64,000 bases of DNA from positions 9,895,440 through 9,959,439 of the forward strand of contig OZ316894.1 of NCBI GenBank assembly GCA_973895155.1, in the 5' to 3' direction. The position numbers and the translations under genes are program-made. Below the pieces are notes generated by a model. It did no database searches and had not been told where the DNA came from. It saw nothing but the letters and a program-made list of their open reading frames with translations. This document shows, piece after piece, positions 62,891 to 64,000 of this stretch (position 1 is its first letter; every line of letters starts with the position of its first letter). This DNA is from Marsupella aquatica. Lineage: Eukaryota > Plantae > Marchantiophyta.

Positions 62891-64000
62891 ATGAGGAGAG
62901 TTAATTTAATCGCCGGTATTTGTCTCGCAATTTTATCTCAAGCCGGCATCAGCTATGCCGCCAATTACTGCTCATGGGAGACAACTACAAATTCGAAGAG
63001 ATACAGTTTTGATCTTCTACAGTCAAGTGGACATCTACACGGTGCTCGAAGTGAAGATGGGTAATGACTTATCAACCCTTTTCTAGATATTGAGTTGGAA
63101 TAGCGGAGTCAGGAAATTGTCAAATTGAGCTCAAGAGACGAGGCTGGAAAACTTGAAGAGGGGATATTGCAATGGTTTTACGGAGCTTACTGTAAAACAG
63201 TGACAAGGATTGGAATCCAATCTGCGTTGAAATCACCCAGAAGGAATACTGTCCTATTGATTCTGGTAGTCAAATTATTTCACAATGTATAGCAAGAACA
63301 GTGGCCCAATTAACAATTTTAGACATAATGTGTATATGCTTTGATTAATGTTAAGGGGTTGAGTATTTATTTTCTTAGCTCATTATGTACGGGTCACTCA
63401 ATCCAGAGGGTCCACCGGTGACGTTTGCACAATATGGCTCACATTTTCACGAATGGTCTCCGTCGTTATTCCTTGACTTTTCATACAACGCGTCTCTCCA
63501 AAAAATTATGGTCACGAGTTTTCACTACCAGATCTGTGGAAAACTAACTGCAGCTTTTCGTTTTGTTCCGTTCCTCTAAGCTATGAAGCCGTCAGTCGTA
63601 TTAAACAGGTTAAGAAAGACCGTAGAACCCTCTGTTTTTTCTATCTATGTGGACTGGATTCAACACTATTGGAAAATTAGGTCAATTTCTCCATCCGTTT
63701 TGTTGTTCCAATGACATTTTTCCATCGGTTATGTTGTTGAAGTCATTCAATGCTCTTCGCGCCGTTGTTTCAAAAACTTTAGTCTTGTGGGAGTTGCAAT
63801 CTGGAAGTACATGAAATAGGGCATAATGAAATGGGTGACAGCGAATCATTTATTGCACCGTCCACAGGGACCCAACCGGAGCATGGGGATGGTCATGAGC
63901 TTGTGAAATCGTCCGTTGACACCAATGCTCACTCTGTGATTCAGGTTCTATTCAGTCGTAGACAAGAGTGGTGGAACTGAAAAAACTTACTGGTTCCAGG
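62891..64000 (+). CDS. 5' part of a secretory-pathway protein resembling plant ATG27 / mannose-6-phosphate-receptor-domain proteins (runs off the window)
   Basis: Exon 62891-63060 MRRVNLIAGICLAILSQAGISYAANYCSWETTTNSKRYSFDLLQSSGHLHGARSEDG plus exon 63945-63999 FYSVVDKSGGTEKTYWFQ. Signal peptide and HGxxSEDGFY...WFQ signature recalled from memory. Probable 5' UTR exons from ~61000. Confidence 0.65.

Overview
Eukaryotic, intron-containing land-plant nuclear DNA, most likely a non-seed plant such as a bryophyte (inferred from gene style, not proven). 1-15.5 kb is a transposon island. It starts with a compact intronless minus-strand cassette (DUF1917/C11orf68-like, F-box-like, possible RPA-like ORFs) and two MITEs. 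It continues with a complete 8.9-kb CACTA element (29-bp TIRs, AAA TSD, decayed TnpA-like gene) carrying a processed SmE retrocopy with its own 16-bp TSD and poly(A), then a solo LTR and a Mutator-like MITE. 15.7-27 kb is an inverted head-to-head duplication of a SURNod19-family gene, one copy intact and one frameshifted. The protein carries a residue set resembling copper monooxygenases. The rest holds a ~1470-aa protein with ~20 IQ motifs at an unusual 35-aa period and a putative C-terminal anchor, a TMEM144-like transporter, RPB10, NDUFA8, a zinc-ribbon protein, chloroplast DEAD-box helicase RH39 and the start of an ATG27/M6PR-like gene. SINE-like elements, a second solo LTR and small tandem arrays lie between these genes. 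All calls were made by eye without database searches.
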